A stretch of 64,000 nt of DNA, from contig JAFMPO010000001.1 of NCBI GenBank assembly GCA_017654855.1, positions 806,001-870,000 of the forward strand, in the 5' to 3' direction. Origin of the DNA: Podospora anserina (Eukaryota). A model generated the notes under the pieces. It saw only the letters and a program-made list of their open reading frames with translations. It was not told the origin of the DNA and ran no database searches. Positions 1-13,347 of the stretch are shown here, piece after piece (the first letter of the stretch is position 1; every line of letters starts with the position of its first letter). The position numbers were made by a program, and so were the translations under genes.

Positions 1-39
1 TACTCCCCCAAGAGACGTTTCAATGCCCAAATAGGACCC

Positions 40-200
40 TGCCACTATCTTTCAAGCCTTCTACGCTATGTAATAAGGCCTTCACATTATCTAACAAGGC
101 CCTATATACTATCCAGGAAGGCCTTGTGTATCTTTAAGAACGCCTCTTACTATATCTTGTACGCGTCTAAACTATCATACTAGGCATAGTTGATCTCTAT
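40..200. repeat. Degenerate AT-rich ~20-nt-period array (CTATCTTT..AAGGCCTT-like units), probable RIP-decayed repeat fragment
   Basis: Recurrent ctatcttt/aaggcc(t) motifs at ~20-nt spacing, TpA-rich; resembles the reverse complement of the array at 12478-12602. Confidence 0.45.
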
Positions 201-308
201 TATAGGCATACAAATCGTAAAGTAACACATAACACAGAATTTTCATTGTCGCTAAACAGACAAAATCCATTATCATTACTACCCCTTGACCGCAAAAACA
301 GACCAAAA

Positions 309-2826
309 CTAGTCCTCCAAAAGACCGGCAGCCAGGGCTTCCAAGTCCTGCAAGTTATCCGGCTCGTAGCCCATTTCGATGACCTTTTTACCACTGGAGG
401 CCTTCTTTTTCCGTTCGGGCTGGTCTTCCACGTCAGAGTCGTTCTGGAACCACTTCTTTGTCTTCTTCTTCGGTGGCTCATCCTCCTCAGACTGCTCACC
501 ACCGCCACCGGCAATAGGAAGACTCCTGAGCAAAGCCAACGGGTCCTCATCCATCTCATCCCCGCTATCAAGCTGAGTAATCGGACCTCTCTCCCTCTCC
601 ACCTCCTCACCTCTCTCTCTAGCTTTGGCCCGATCCCTCTTCTCCTTTCTCCTCTTCCTAGCCAACTCCTTGTCTTCCACATCCGCCTCCTTGACCCTCT
701 CCCCTTCGGCCTCGACGAACTTTTGCCTGAGCTCCTTCGCATCTCCCTCCTTTTGGAAGTCTTCCAGACCCTGCAAGACATACAATGGCTGGGCATTGCC
801 CTCCTCGTCGAAAATGAGCTTCTGCCCCTTGCCCATCATCTTGGCCACCTTGGCCTTGGACATGAGCTTCTTCTCCGCCCGCTTCGAGTCGATAACGATC
901 TCCTGATCACCAATCTTGACCACCTTTGCGCCCGCAATCTCCTTCCCGTTGATTCCTTCAGCAGTTTCATCCAGCTCCTTATCGCCCAACACTCTCTTGA
1001 CCGACAAGAACCCATCGTCCTCGTCGTCGTCCTCCGCACCCTCGTCAACCAGCTTCCGGTAATGACTAGACAGCACATCCTGGTTCTGCCTCTCCGCCAT
1101 CTTCTGGTACTTGGTCTTGACCTCCTTCTTCTTCGGCTTGCCCTCGGCGTCATAGTCGCTGCTGTCGTCGTCCGACCCAACATCAAACGCCATCCTGCTG
1201 GCCTGCTTATTCGCCCGTCTCATCTCCTCCGCCCCCTTTTGGAATTTCACCTGTGGCGTACCCGGCAATCCCAGACTGGCCGCATACCCATCCAGATCCA
1301 TCTTGCTGAATTTGAACACATCCTTATCCTTTTGCACGTAAATCGATCTCACATATGTGATAAACGCCTTTTGTCCGAGGTACTTCAAGTCCGCCGACTG
1401 GAAGCACTGAGATTGCAGCTCTCCCTTGATGCTCGTCTTCTTTCCCTCCCGAACATTGACCTTTGTGATCGGAATCTTTTTTTGTTCGAGCCTGGACAGA
1501 AACCCCTTCTCTTCACTCGGATCCAAGAACAGCACCGCCCGACCCTTGCTCTCGTATCTGGCTGTTCTACCCACCCTGTGAATGTACGTGTCCGCATCCT
1601 CAGGGCAGTCTACCTGCACGACCCAGTCCACAGCGGGAAAATCAACTCCTCTCGCGACAACATCCGTGGCGAACAAACAAGCGTACTTGGAAGAGGTGAA
1701 TTTTCGGGTAATCTCCATTCTCCCAACCTGCTTTTGCCGGCCGTGCAAATGCAGCAGCGAGATACCAGGCTGCATGCGCTTGAAGCTCTCATACACAAAC
1801 CGTACTTGTTTCCCCGACGAGAAAAAGACAATCATTTTGCTCTTCAGATTCGTTCGGATAAAGCCCCAGAGCGTGTCCAACTTCTCGGGAAGGGGTGTGA
1901 CAATATAGCTCTGCTGCAGATTGGTCGGGGTGGCTGTCGGTGCTTCCTCGTGTGCCGAGACATACTCTGGGTCCTTGAGACTCAATCTCGCAAGGTCGGA
2001 AACACGTTTCGACTGGGTGGCCGAGAACAACATCGTTTGTCTTGTTTTGGGGAGATGCTCGACCAGCGCGTCGACTGCAGACTGGAACCCCATGTCCATG
2101 ATTCTGTCTGCTTCGTCGAGAACCAGCATTTGGAGGTTGTTGACGTCGAAACCAGCGGTCTGATCGAGGTGTTGAAGCATACGGCCGGGGGTGCACACCA
2201 AGATGTTCATCCTGCCGAGTCTGTCGGCTTCTTCCTTGAGCGACTTGCCTCCGATGACCAAGCCTGCCGAGAAGACGTGGTTACGACCGATTTTGCGGAG
2301 CACTTCGAAGATCTGAACGGCGAGCTCGCGTGTGGGGGAGATGATGAGAGCGCCGAGGCCGTCGTATTCAGTCCACTGCGCTTGGACGAGCTTCTCGAGG
2401 ACGGGGACAAGGAAGGCGAGGGTCTTGCCGCTGCCGGTTTTGGCGGCGCCGAGGATATCATGGCCCTTGAGAGCGAGGGGAATGGCGGCTTTTTGGATGT
2501 CTGTCAGAACCTCGAAGTGGGAGGCACGGAGGCCGGACGCGGTCGCGGCGCATAGAGGGAGGTCGGTGAATTTAGTGAGGTTTGGCGATTTTGGGTCCTG
2601 TGATATCCATCCATTAGAAACTTGTACCGGAAGAGGGTGTATAAAATGCATTTGGGTAACCCACAAGCTCCTGAATGGCAGCCTTCAGCTTCTCGAGCTC
2701 ATCCTGTCCTCTTTTTCTCTTCAGTGTCTTCGTCTCTGGCTTTTTCGGTGTCGCATCCGCCGATTTGGAGTTCTTTTTGTGTCGATGAGCGACAACAGTC
2801 TTTGCGCCGCCAGTAGTAGGCGCCAT
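309..2826 (-). CDS. DBP4: DEAD-box ATP-dependent RNA helicase Dbp4 (18S rRNA processing); intron 2598-2664
   Basis: Motifs [42 protein letters not shown] and a long charged C-tail typical of Dbp4/DDX10. Exon 1 MAPTTGGAK...IQEL splices (GTGGGT...ACAG) to DPKSPNL. Confidence 0.93.
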
Positions 2827-3510
2827 GTTGAATTGTAGTGTCTGCTGTCGTTGTGTCGTGCTCCCGCGCAGCTCGTGGAAAATTGTCAAAACGAAATGGA
2901 AGCTGGAGTCCAGGATCGACTTCTTTGCGCAATTGCTTTGCTCTGCTGAAAGCCAGGGAAAATTTTGGCGGAGAAGGAATTCTGCCACTTGCCCCACTTC
3001 AACCCACCAGCCAAAAGAAGCGCCAAGACAGAGTACTGATAGACAGAAGGGTTGGGGTTGGCGCAGTAAGCTTGTCAATCACATTAACAGCAGGTTTAAA
3101 GGTATATATCTTGAATTATTCATGTTTTTCTTTGGATGTGCATAACTCAAGTACCAAAAGCATCCATCAACGCCGTCTGAAATCATGTCTCCCGCCGTTG
3201 CTCCTTTGCTCTCAGCCCTCAAAGAAAGCAAACCCAACCAAAACCTGGCAGCCAAAATGAAGCTGCCATGTCAACAACATGCTGAACGGGGTATCGTGTA
3301 ATCTAGGGTATCCGACCGACCACCCTCTTTTTCCATTCTCCCAGCTCGATGTAAAATTCTTGACCACTCATAGATGATACTGAAACGGCGTGATACTAAA
3401 ATATATATAGATAAACCATTGGGTGAAACACAAAGGAGAAAAAACGCCTGGCCAGCCAACTTGTCGCTTCCCTTTCACCTCCTCTTCCATCCCCATCACC
3501 GAAACACAAC

Positions 3511-6500
3511 TCACCACGAGCTCGATCCGATGTGCTTTCCAGTGTGCTCGTCAACCTCTTGCCCGTAGAGCCGAAGCCTGTAGAAGCAAGTATGATCCGG
3601 GCTACCATTGTTCGTGACAGCCCTAATGAGCACCGTATCGACGACAGCATCAAGTGTAACTAGGTCGTCAGAAAGCTTGTGGATAAAGACGCCGTTATCC
3701 ACATGACGATACTCGTATTCGAATTTGCCAATCTGGACAAATTCCTCCCGAAGGTGGCCGGCGTTGCGGGGATTGGCAGCCGCAGTAGGGAATTGAGTGT
3801 TCATCCACTTCTGCATCTGCGAATTCTTGGCGTTGTTCTCAAATTTGGCCCAGATTTCAATGTCCTTGGGCATGGAGTCAGGGTCGGTTGTGGCCTCCGG
3901 ATTGATGTTCTCGACCACAACATACTTGGGAATAACCAGGCCGGCAATACTGATGCCGATGTCGGCCGGGAGCTTCTGCTTGTTCTTGCCAGCATAGATA
4001 CCAGCACACCAGCAGTGACCGCTGTCTGTCCAGAGGGAGGTAGCATGGAAGCTGTCATGGAGAAACTGTGGTTTCTTGGACATGGCCCTGAACCACGCCA
4101 CAGTGCCCATCGCCGGCCTCGCGATTCTGTAGGTCGGAGAAGTAAGACTGCTGTCGATTTGTGCACCATTTCCAAAGGAAAACCAATTGACATGGCGGTT
4201 CAACATGTCCATGATAGCGGCGCTTGGGCTTCGCTTGCCAGAGCTGATGGGGGAAGAGCCCAGTTCCTTGCCAACGATCTCCTCGACCAGCTTCTGAATT
4301 TCTTTCTTACTCAGACCTGTCTTATGTTTTTGCTCTTCGATGAGTCCGTGAAGCTCCTTGCGTAGAGCCTCCAAATCCCTTTCAAAGCTTTTCCGAGATA
4401 TCGCTATTTGCTGTTGGAGATTTTCAACGTACTGGCGACTCGTGACCGTGTCCTGATATGTATCGGCCTCAGAGGTGACTGGCTTGGTGATTGGGTGCCC
4501 GGAGAGGAGGCTCGTGATCCTGTGCTTGTTTTTCTCGAACCAGTCCTCGAAAGAGTGATCCAGCCCCGTGCTTTTGATTCGAGACCGAACAGCATCCCAG
4601 TGAGCGTCGCTGATTTTTCCCTTTTCAAGCCTGAGAATGGAGGGCTCGTGTTTCATGCGATCCAGGATGGCTTCCCAGAACTCTTTGGCAACAATGATAT
4701 TGCCATCCCTGTCTTTGGTTACGCGAACCACCTTCGGAAGTGTGGATTGGACACTCCTGAGTGCCAACTCGGTGGCGGTGGCTCTTTTTTCCCAAAACGC
4801 TTTGAAATCGTTGTACTGCTGCTCCGTGAACACAGCCATGTCCGGCAACGAACCACCCTTCGTGTATGGAGACGACGGCATCATCCCACGTATCGGACCT
4901 CCAGCACCAAGCAAGAAAGAGCAAATGGCGACAACGAAGGAGGCCGCAAGAAACCATTTCACAGCTGGCCACCAAATCCTGCTCAAGATATCGCCTCCCT
5001 TGCCCAGCACATCGCCCACCCACGCAGTGGCTGCCGCGACAGTACTTCGATTGACTCCTCCACCTCCTGTGGGCCAACGGCCTGCCCGATTGCCGTGAGT
5101 ATTGTTTCGAGGACCGGTATATCGACCTCCATGATCGGCGTTTCCGGCTCTATCGTCTTCGTCGCTGGATGATGAATCGGAGGAATCTGGGTCTCTCCTA
5201 GGCCGGCCTCCACCGCCAACTGCTGACCTCCCAGCAGTACCGACACGGGCCGCAGGTACAGCAGGATTCGAGATTGAGGGCGCCCTATCCACCCCCGCTC
5301 GTGCACGCCAACCAGGACGCCGACTAACGTTCGCCATGGTAAAACCACCAGGATTAGCACCGGCCATACCCCCCCTAACACCTATTGTTCTGCTGGCTTG
5401 CCCCATCGTTCCCAGCGCATCTTCCAATGAGCCTGGTTGCGGTTTGGCTGCTACATGACCGACGGCTGGTGACCCGACCCTGACATGAGCTGCGCTGTCG
5501 ACGACAGCAACATTGGTTTCCTCCTGCCAGCTGCGAGAAGCACCATCCGTGGTTTCTGGAGCGTTCGAGTACCCAGGTGGCTGAGGCACCTCACCACCTG
5601 GTATTCGAATTGGGGCACCGAGTGAAGGTGAATGTACTGAGAAGTTCGGAGGAAAAGGAAGCGGATTGGAAGTTGTAGGGGGTTGTTGTTGATGTGGATT
5701 CGCGACTTGAGAACCGGCCGCCGAGTTATTTCCAGCCAGTGCAGCTAGGCGAGCCTTGTCAATAGCAATCGCTCTCTCTAGCAGCTCCGCCTGTTTCTTT
5801 TCGCGTTCTTCTTTGCGGCGTTGCTTTTCGAGTTCCGCATGTTGAGCTTTGAGAGCTTCCGCACGCTCTTCGGCTTCGGCTTGATTGGATTGTCGTAGAG
5901 CATCCACTCGCGCGGTCAACCTATCCAATTCAGGGCTGGTGACATCGGGGAGTTCGGGGGAAACGGAATCGTGAGATCTCTTCCGGTTCTGAGTGGGTGG
6001 CGATTTCGACCTCGACCTTGCAGAGCCTGATCTCGACCTGTTGTCAGATATCATGCCCCTGTTCATCGAAGTGGTGGCGCCCTGCTGTGAGTCGACGAGG
6101 GTTTGCTGAGAGGGCCCGTCATTTTCCCGGTCCCCTCCCTGTTGGTCCGACTCTTCCGATTGCGAGCGAGAAATCTGTTGAGATAGCGTCGTTCTCCCCG
6201 GAACCTGTGTCCTGCGTACAGTCTGAGGCTGTTGCACAGGCGGGAGAGGTTGCACAGGTTGTTGTGAGTGTGCCGATGAGGTGTTAGTGCGAGATGCCAG
6301 TTCCTTCTCCTTTGCTAACAGGCGGGCATTGGCAGCCTCGTTATCTTTGATGACCGTATCAATAACTCCGTGCACTGCCTTGCGTACATTTCCTCCTCCC
6401 ATGATCCTGACTCTGTCCGGAAACGTAGCCATTGCAGAGCCATATGAGGTGCTGTACTTGACTGGCATATCGATCCTGACAGCCGTCGTATCAATGGGTT

Positions 6501-6603
6501 TTCTGGAAGACCGTACAGAGGAGGGCGTGCCAGCTCGTCCGTGCTGCTGAGGTGAGGGCGAAGGGACATTGCCGCCACGACCTGGGTGTTGTCTAGGTGG
6601 CAT
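3511..6603 (-). CDS. SUN-domain (Sad1/UNC-84-like) nuclear envelope/spindle pole body membrane protein
   Basis: Low-complexity N-terminus, one hydrophobic segment (WFLAASFVVAICSFLLG), coiled coil, C-terminal SUN motifs GHCWC, P.YVVVE, PKDIEIW, N.G.PDHTCFYRLRLYG. Start at MPPRQ (6603) preferred; the ORF extends to 6735. Confidence 0.85.
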   Translation of the reverse strand: MPPRQHPGRGGNVPSPSPQQHGRAGTPSSVRSSRKPIDTTAVRIDMPVKYSTSYGSAMATFPDRVRIMGGGNVRKAVHGVIDTVIKDNEAANARLLAKEKELASRTNTSSAHSQQPVQPLPPVQQPQTVRRTQVPGRTTLSQQISRSQSEESDQQGGDRENDGPSQQTLVDSQQGATTSMNRGMISDNRSRSGSARSRSKSPPTQNRKRSHDSVSPELPDVTSPELDRLTARVDALRQSNQAEAEERAEALKAQHAELEKQRRKEEREKKQAELLERAIAIDKARLAALAGNNSAAGSQVANPHQQQPPTTSNPLPFPPNFSVHSPSLGAPIRIPGGEVPQPPGYSNAPETTDGASRSWQEETNVAVVDSAAHVRVGSPAVGHVAAKPQPGSLEDALGTMGQASRTIGVRGGMAGANPGGFTMANVSRRPGWRARAGVDRAPSISNPAVPAARVGTAGRSAVGGGGRPRRDPDSSDSSSSDEDDRAGNADHGGRYTGPRNNTHGNRAGRWPTGGGGVNRSTVAAATAWVGDVLGKGGDILSRIWWPAVKWFLAASFVVAICSFLLGAGGPIRGMMPSSPYTKGGSLPDMAVFTEQQYNDFKAFWEKRATATELALRSVQSTLPKVVRVTKDRDGNIIVAKEFWEAILDRMKHEPSILRLEKGKISDAHWDAVRSRIKSTGLDHSFEDWFEKNKHRITSLLSGHPITKPVTSEADTYQDTVTSRQYVENLQQQIAISRKSFERDLEALRKELHGLIEEQKHKTGLSKKEIQKLVEEIVGKELGSSPISSGKRSPSAAIMDMLNRHVNWFSFGNGAQIDSSLTSPTYRIARPAMGTVAWFRAMSKKPQFLHDSFHATSLWTDSGHCWCAGIYAGKNKQKLPADIGISIAGLVIPKYVVVENINPEATTDPDSMPKDIEIWAKFENNAKNSQMQKWMNTQFPTAAANPRNAGHLREEFVQIGKFEYEYRHVDNGVFIHKLSDDLVTLDAVVDTVLIRAVTNNGSPDHTCFYRLRLYGQEVDEHTGKHIGSSSW

Positions 6604-8643
6604 GGTGAAAAGCGAGGGTGGATTGGCGCTATGCTGAAGCGATTTAGAAGAGCCTATTCCTCGCGATATTGGATTTTGGCCGAGATTCAATGCTATGTGC
6701 AACGATGTTGTTGGACTGCTGAGGGCGTCAGTCATGATCGCTAATGGTGAGTGGTGAAAAGCAGATGTGTGAAGTGAAAAGAAGAAAGTAGGGAAGATTC
6801 AATCGCAAATGACAATGATAGCCCCAACATTCAGCAAGATATACAATAACAAGCTGGGTTGCTGAACATGAGACTTCAGTACTGGCAGACTATGCAAAAA
6901 AATTAAAAAAAATTACAACAATAGGAACAAGTGAGAGGAAGGGAGCAAACAAATAACAAAAGAGATTGGCGATAACAGAGAGGCTGCGTTGAAGCCCGAC
7001 GACGCTGCGGGTGTGACTCGTGAGGTGTAGATTTACCTTATTGTTCAGCGTGACAGTGTGACAGCGTGTCTGGCCCCAATGCCGAATCCCAAGGCTGCAA
7101 CAGCCTTTGCCTCGCCTTCTTTTTCGTTGCGACCAATTGCCCAACAGCAACCGACACGTCACTTCCCTGCTCAATCCCAATCAATTGTTCCGGAGTCGCC
7201 AGACAGGCAGGTGAATGGTTTGCCGGATGGTCGCTAGTTTTCAGTCGCGGCGACGGTACATATCATGGTTGGTCAGAGATGGGATGAAGAGAGCTCGAGG
7301 ATGGGGCGTTGAAGCGACTAAAATGAGAGATGAAGACGCGCAGACTGTTGTTGACTTTACACGACGCATCGCAAGCGGACATAAAGCTCTTGTCTCTGTG
7401 CTGAAAACGGCCTGGTTCTTTATGGCCTCGTAGATTGTTCCCCTTTCATGAGCCTGTCGAGGTGTACATGCTTTGTTCTTCAGTGGCCGTTCCTGGTGGT
7501 CTGCAGAGCATCTGCCGTGCCAGTGGATCGGCGCGTTTTTCGAAGCTGGAGCTCTGCGCAATTGAGCCTTTTCCCTTCTCAGCAATGTGGTCTGTGCTTC
7601 TTCACCAACTTGTTGTTCGGTCAATGTGGCTCAGTTTTTCGTGGCTGCTGATACGTGTTAGTGGCTGGTGGAAAGTTTGGTGGGGCAGCAGCAATGTTGG
7701 TGACTCAGCAGTGATATCTACTTTACCCCCCACGTATTTACCCGGCAGGCAACTCATCCAAACCTTCCCGCGTGCCTTCCCAGCATCCGCACACTCCCCC
7801 ATTTTCCAACTTCGTGGAGATGTCTTCTCCGGATCAGCCACATCTTGTTAAGAATCTTGACCTAGCACTTACCATTGGAATATCTTTCAATTGAGGGTTT
7901 GGGCATATTTATTTAATACCTTGAACAAGCACCTGAAGTTGGCACGACATCCCATCATGTATGAACACAAGCCGCACACTTGCATACGCACTACCATTGT
8001 CGGATCTACTCCCAATGCGCCATCCGTTTCGTATTCCCCTGTGAAGCTCCACCGCTTCCTTCAAATGTTTGCTGAAAATCAGGGTTCGACTTGAGCCACT
8101 CTTGCGCATCTGTACAACGGTTCCATGGTGATCTTTGCTGTCTGCGGTTGAATTCCACGTGAAAGGGATCCTCTTCGGTCATCTTCACAGTTGCCTTGTC
8201 CATTGCTCGATTCGATATTTTGAGTTTTCTGTCAAGCAGCGAGACTGTTTCAAGCTCCAAGCCACTCAATGGTGGCCCCATCCCCACGAAGCTTAACATG
8301 TTGCCAGTGACCTCACTCGCGCCCGTGAGCTGGGCGAGCAGGGGACGACACAGGTGTTGCAAGGCGGGGTCCCCTGGCTGTTTGACTTCCATCCCGGGCG
8401 TCACAAGCACGAAGTGGGAGGTGGAGAGACGGTTGCCCCACGGTTGGCTGCGGGCTAGCGAGATTCGATTTGCGACTTTGTGCTGACCACATCCATAGCA
8501 GGCACCTCTCATTTTAATAACCTGCGACCTGCTCCTCCAACGCGACCTTGTTTTGTTCATTCTTTCTGCCCCATCCTCTCGCTCGTTTGATTCCTCGTTT
8601 TACACCCGACCCTCGCTACTTCAACACCCAATCCCGCGAGATC

Positions 8644-10105
<1,462 letters not shown>

Positions 10106-10310
10106 GAAAAGATTGATGCGTTTACGATTGTTTATGACTAGCAGGCTGGCAGCAGACGGGAACTGCAAACGATGTATTCTTCTCAGGGCTTTTATTACAG
10201 AGATAATGGTTAGACACAAAAGAAGACGTTTTCTCGTTTATTTGAATGGATATTTCGTTTTATTTTCGACAAAACAAAATGTCGTGACCATGGAAGCGCC
10301 AATCAAGGTA

Positions 10311-11506
10311 CTATTCGACTTTGAGGAGAAGCTTGCCCGTGGTCTTCCTGCTCTCCAGATCGATGTGCGCCTGGGCAACATTCTTGAGGGGATAAACTTG
10401 GTGGATATTGGCGTGGATCTTGCCCGTTACGAGCAAGTCAAAAAGCTCGCTGGTAAATGTCTCCTTTTCCTCTGGGGTGGTGATGTATCCGGGCATGGAA
10501 GGTCTCATAATCTTGATGTTTTTGGGCATCAGGCGGAAGAGGTCGACCGGTTCAACAGCGCCAGACTTAATTGTTTTTCTCTTGTCAGCTTTCCCACGCA
10601 ACTCGAGAAAAGGGGGGGGGGGGGGCTTACCGCATTCCCAAACACAATGATCGTCCCCTTCCTCGCCACGATTTCTAGGTCTACCGTTCCAAACGTCGCC
10701 TTGCCCACCCCGTCAAAAACCACGTCTACGCCCTTGTTGTTGGTGATTTCCTTGACCTGCTGGATGACTTCTTCCTGCGGGAGGCTAGAGTCAACCACCC
10801 ATCCTGCTCCCAACTTCTTGGCCAATTCGCACTTCTGCTTGCCGCCGGCGGTGGCGATGATCTTGGCGCCCATGACGGCGAGGATCTGGACGAGCATGGA
10901 GCCTGTCCCGCCTGCTGCTGCGTGGACGAGGGTCCATGGTCCTTCAGAGATTCCGAGTTGCTGGGTGATTCCTGCTGCTTCGCGGACGAAAGTTAGGGCG
11001 GTGAGACCTTGGAGGTAGGCTGCGCAGGCGGTTTCGGGGGTGAGCGAGGCCGGGAGGATAGTGGCTTGGGTGAGGGGGAAGGTTAGGAGGGTGTATTGGG
11101 CGTATGTGTTGTCTGCTAGGTAGACTACGCGGGAGCCGACGGGGTAGGAGGGGTGGGAGGAGGCGGTGATGGTGCCGGCGGCTTCTTTGCCTGTGATCAG
11201 GGGGTAGGGAGAGGGGGTGTCGTTTGAGCCGTTGGTGGAGGGGTGGTTGCTGTTGGAGGAGGGGGAGGGAGGTTTGTAGAGACCGGTACGGAAGTATCTG
11301 GGTGTTGGTTAGGATAGGGGATTAAATGAGGGGAGCATGTGGGGAGCATACGTGTCGATGTAGTTGACGCCAACATACTCGTTGCGGACGAGGATTTGGC
11401 CTTCACCGAGAGAAGGGACGGGTAAATCGGTCTTGTATTCCAGGACATCGGGGCCACCTGGACGAGAGATAACAACGCCGAACATGGTTTTGGGAATGGG
11501 TGCCAT
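10311..11506 (-). CDS. NADPH:quinone oxidoreductase, zeta-crystallin/MDR family (Zta1-like); introns 11298-11351, 10566-10630
   Basis: GGPDVLEY, GVNYIDT|YFRTGLY, GKEAAG, VHAAAGGTG, GVDVVFDGVG, FGNA|SG, LESRKTTGKLLL. Confidence 0.9.
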
Positions 11507-12477
11507 TTTGACTTGTATGAGTGTTTGTTTACTTCGGACCGGCGGTTTGTGATAGCAACACTGACGTTATCAAAGGTGCTGTTGGGATGAGCACATGGAG
11601 ATGGGATATCTGAGGTAGGTATGTAGTCCAGTGTGGGGAAGGACCGGACTGAGTAAGACACTCGGGATGAACTATCGTAGCCGGATGAACTGTGTCTCGG
11701 ACTGTCGATGGGGCCGGTGTTATTTATTCACAAAGTTGACAAGGTGAAGGATTTCGGGGAAAGCATCAATTTGAAATTCACTGCGTTTAAATGATCAGAT
11801 CCTTCCCCCTACGTTTTTACCGCCGACATTGAAGCCGATGACAAGAATATCATTCGGAATTTCACGATATCCAGCTTCCCCTCCTCATGCTACATCATGT
11901 TACACATACGACTAGGACCGAGTCGGAGGTTGATCCGGGGATGACTAATGATGTCATCAGTAAGCGGTTGTCGGATTTAGTTGAACAGGAGCTCTGGAAA
12001 CAACGTCGTGCTCCAACGTCGTGAGCCGGGATATACCGAATCTCAGTCCTTCAGGCATTGAGTTTGAGAGAAAGTGTGCGGTGTTCAAGTCTGTCTGCCT
12101 TGGCTGTTCGTGAGACCTGTTGGGCTTGCATGCGTCCTCCCGCTACATCGGACAAAACTCCATGCTCAACCCGCTTTGCTTTTTTCCACACCAGACGGCG
12201 GCGGACTATAACTTCCCTTCCGTCATGACAGCACCAGAAAGAATAGCAGAAAAGAATAAAATTGTCAAAGAAGAAGCTGCCCCGCGTTTTGAAATCTTGA
12301 TTGGCAGGGACTGGCGTCCTTGGTGGGGCTGCATAGCGCTCGAAACGCTGCGGCTTGGTGGCCAATTCAGTGGCTGTGCTTTCGACAGCGGCTTCAAAGC
12401 CAACCTATCACTCTCACCACAAAATAACGGGCACTCAGAAGTGGGTTAAACCCATATTATATTAGAAACCACACCTC

Positions 12478-12602
12478 GAAAGATAATCGTTAGGCCTTTA
12501 AAGATAGATAATACGCCTTTAAAGATAGTTATAAGCCTTTAAAGATAGTTTAAAGATCTTTAAAGATTGTTAACAAGGCCTTGAAAGATAGTTTAAAGTC
12601 TT
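12478..12602. repeat. Tandem array of ~6 copies of a CCTTTAAAGATAG core at ~20-22 nt period
   Basis: Directly visible: cctttaaagatagataatacg cctttaaagatagttataag cctttaaagatagttt ... ccttgaaagatagttt. Confidence 0.8.
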
Positions 12603-13347
12603 ATCAATTTACTTTTGAGGCAGTGTTGACAGTATATTATGAGGTCAACTTACTTGCTGTGCCAACTATTTTGTACGGAGGGTGCCTATGCATTGCAAAG
12701 TCAAGCCCCAAGCCTAGCTGTGAGCTTCCTTCCCCTGTAACCTGTCTCACAGGGGGCTCAAGCTCAAGTTGCACAGCGCACCCAATAATAGACGCCGTGA
12801 ATATTCAACCAGAAATGCGAAAGTGCCTCGTCATTTCAAGTTTCCATGGTCTAATCCTCTTGGTACAACTCTCTAGTCTTTTCCATCTCCTCGCATTCAT
12901 TCATCCTTCAAACCAACCCCGAAAGCTCGTTCCGCAGCGCGTCAAAAACTGCCTTGGCGCGCTGTGATCGTCGCAGAGTAGCGGCAACGGGCCCACAGAA
13001 CCACGTACACCACCACGAGGCTGGCCACGCAAACCGTCCAGTTTGGACGCGAGACTGGCCGACAAACCGTTACATCTGGATCTTCTGTTTCTCTCCAGCT
13101 TGGTGATCTTTACCAGCATCTTGGGAGTTCATCGTTGACACCTCCAGCAAAAACACCTCCGAGGGTGACTTCTTTGTCCGCGGTGTGATGATCACTTCTC
13201 AGTGAACAAGGTTTTACAACCCAAGCAGAAAGACGGGAGCAGCACCTAATTCTGCCGAAGACGAAACATATCCGCGTTTCGACACACAATTTCCAGCTAT
13301 ATACACACACATCTGTCTGGTCATGATCTTTCCGAGCTCGACAGTTT

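Noticed and set aside
246-2555. 769-aa + strand ORF
   Set aside because: Antisense shadow of DBP4 caused by codon bias; no recognisable domain
10113-11018. 301-aa + strand ORF
   Set aside because: Antisense to the quinone reductase gene
11900-12060. Possible 5S rRNA or snoRNA (ACATACGAC; ATGATG)
   Set aside because: The match ends after a few bases; no internal promoter boxes or convincing C/D pair
12478-12602. CRISPR-like repeat/spacer appearance
   Set aside because: Eukaryotic context, 13-nt core with 7-9 nt spacers, no cas genes
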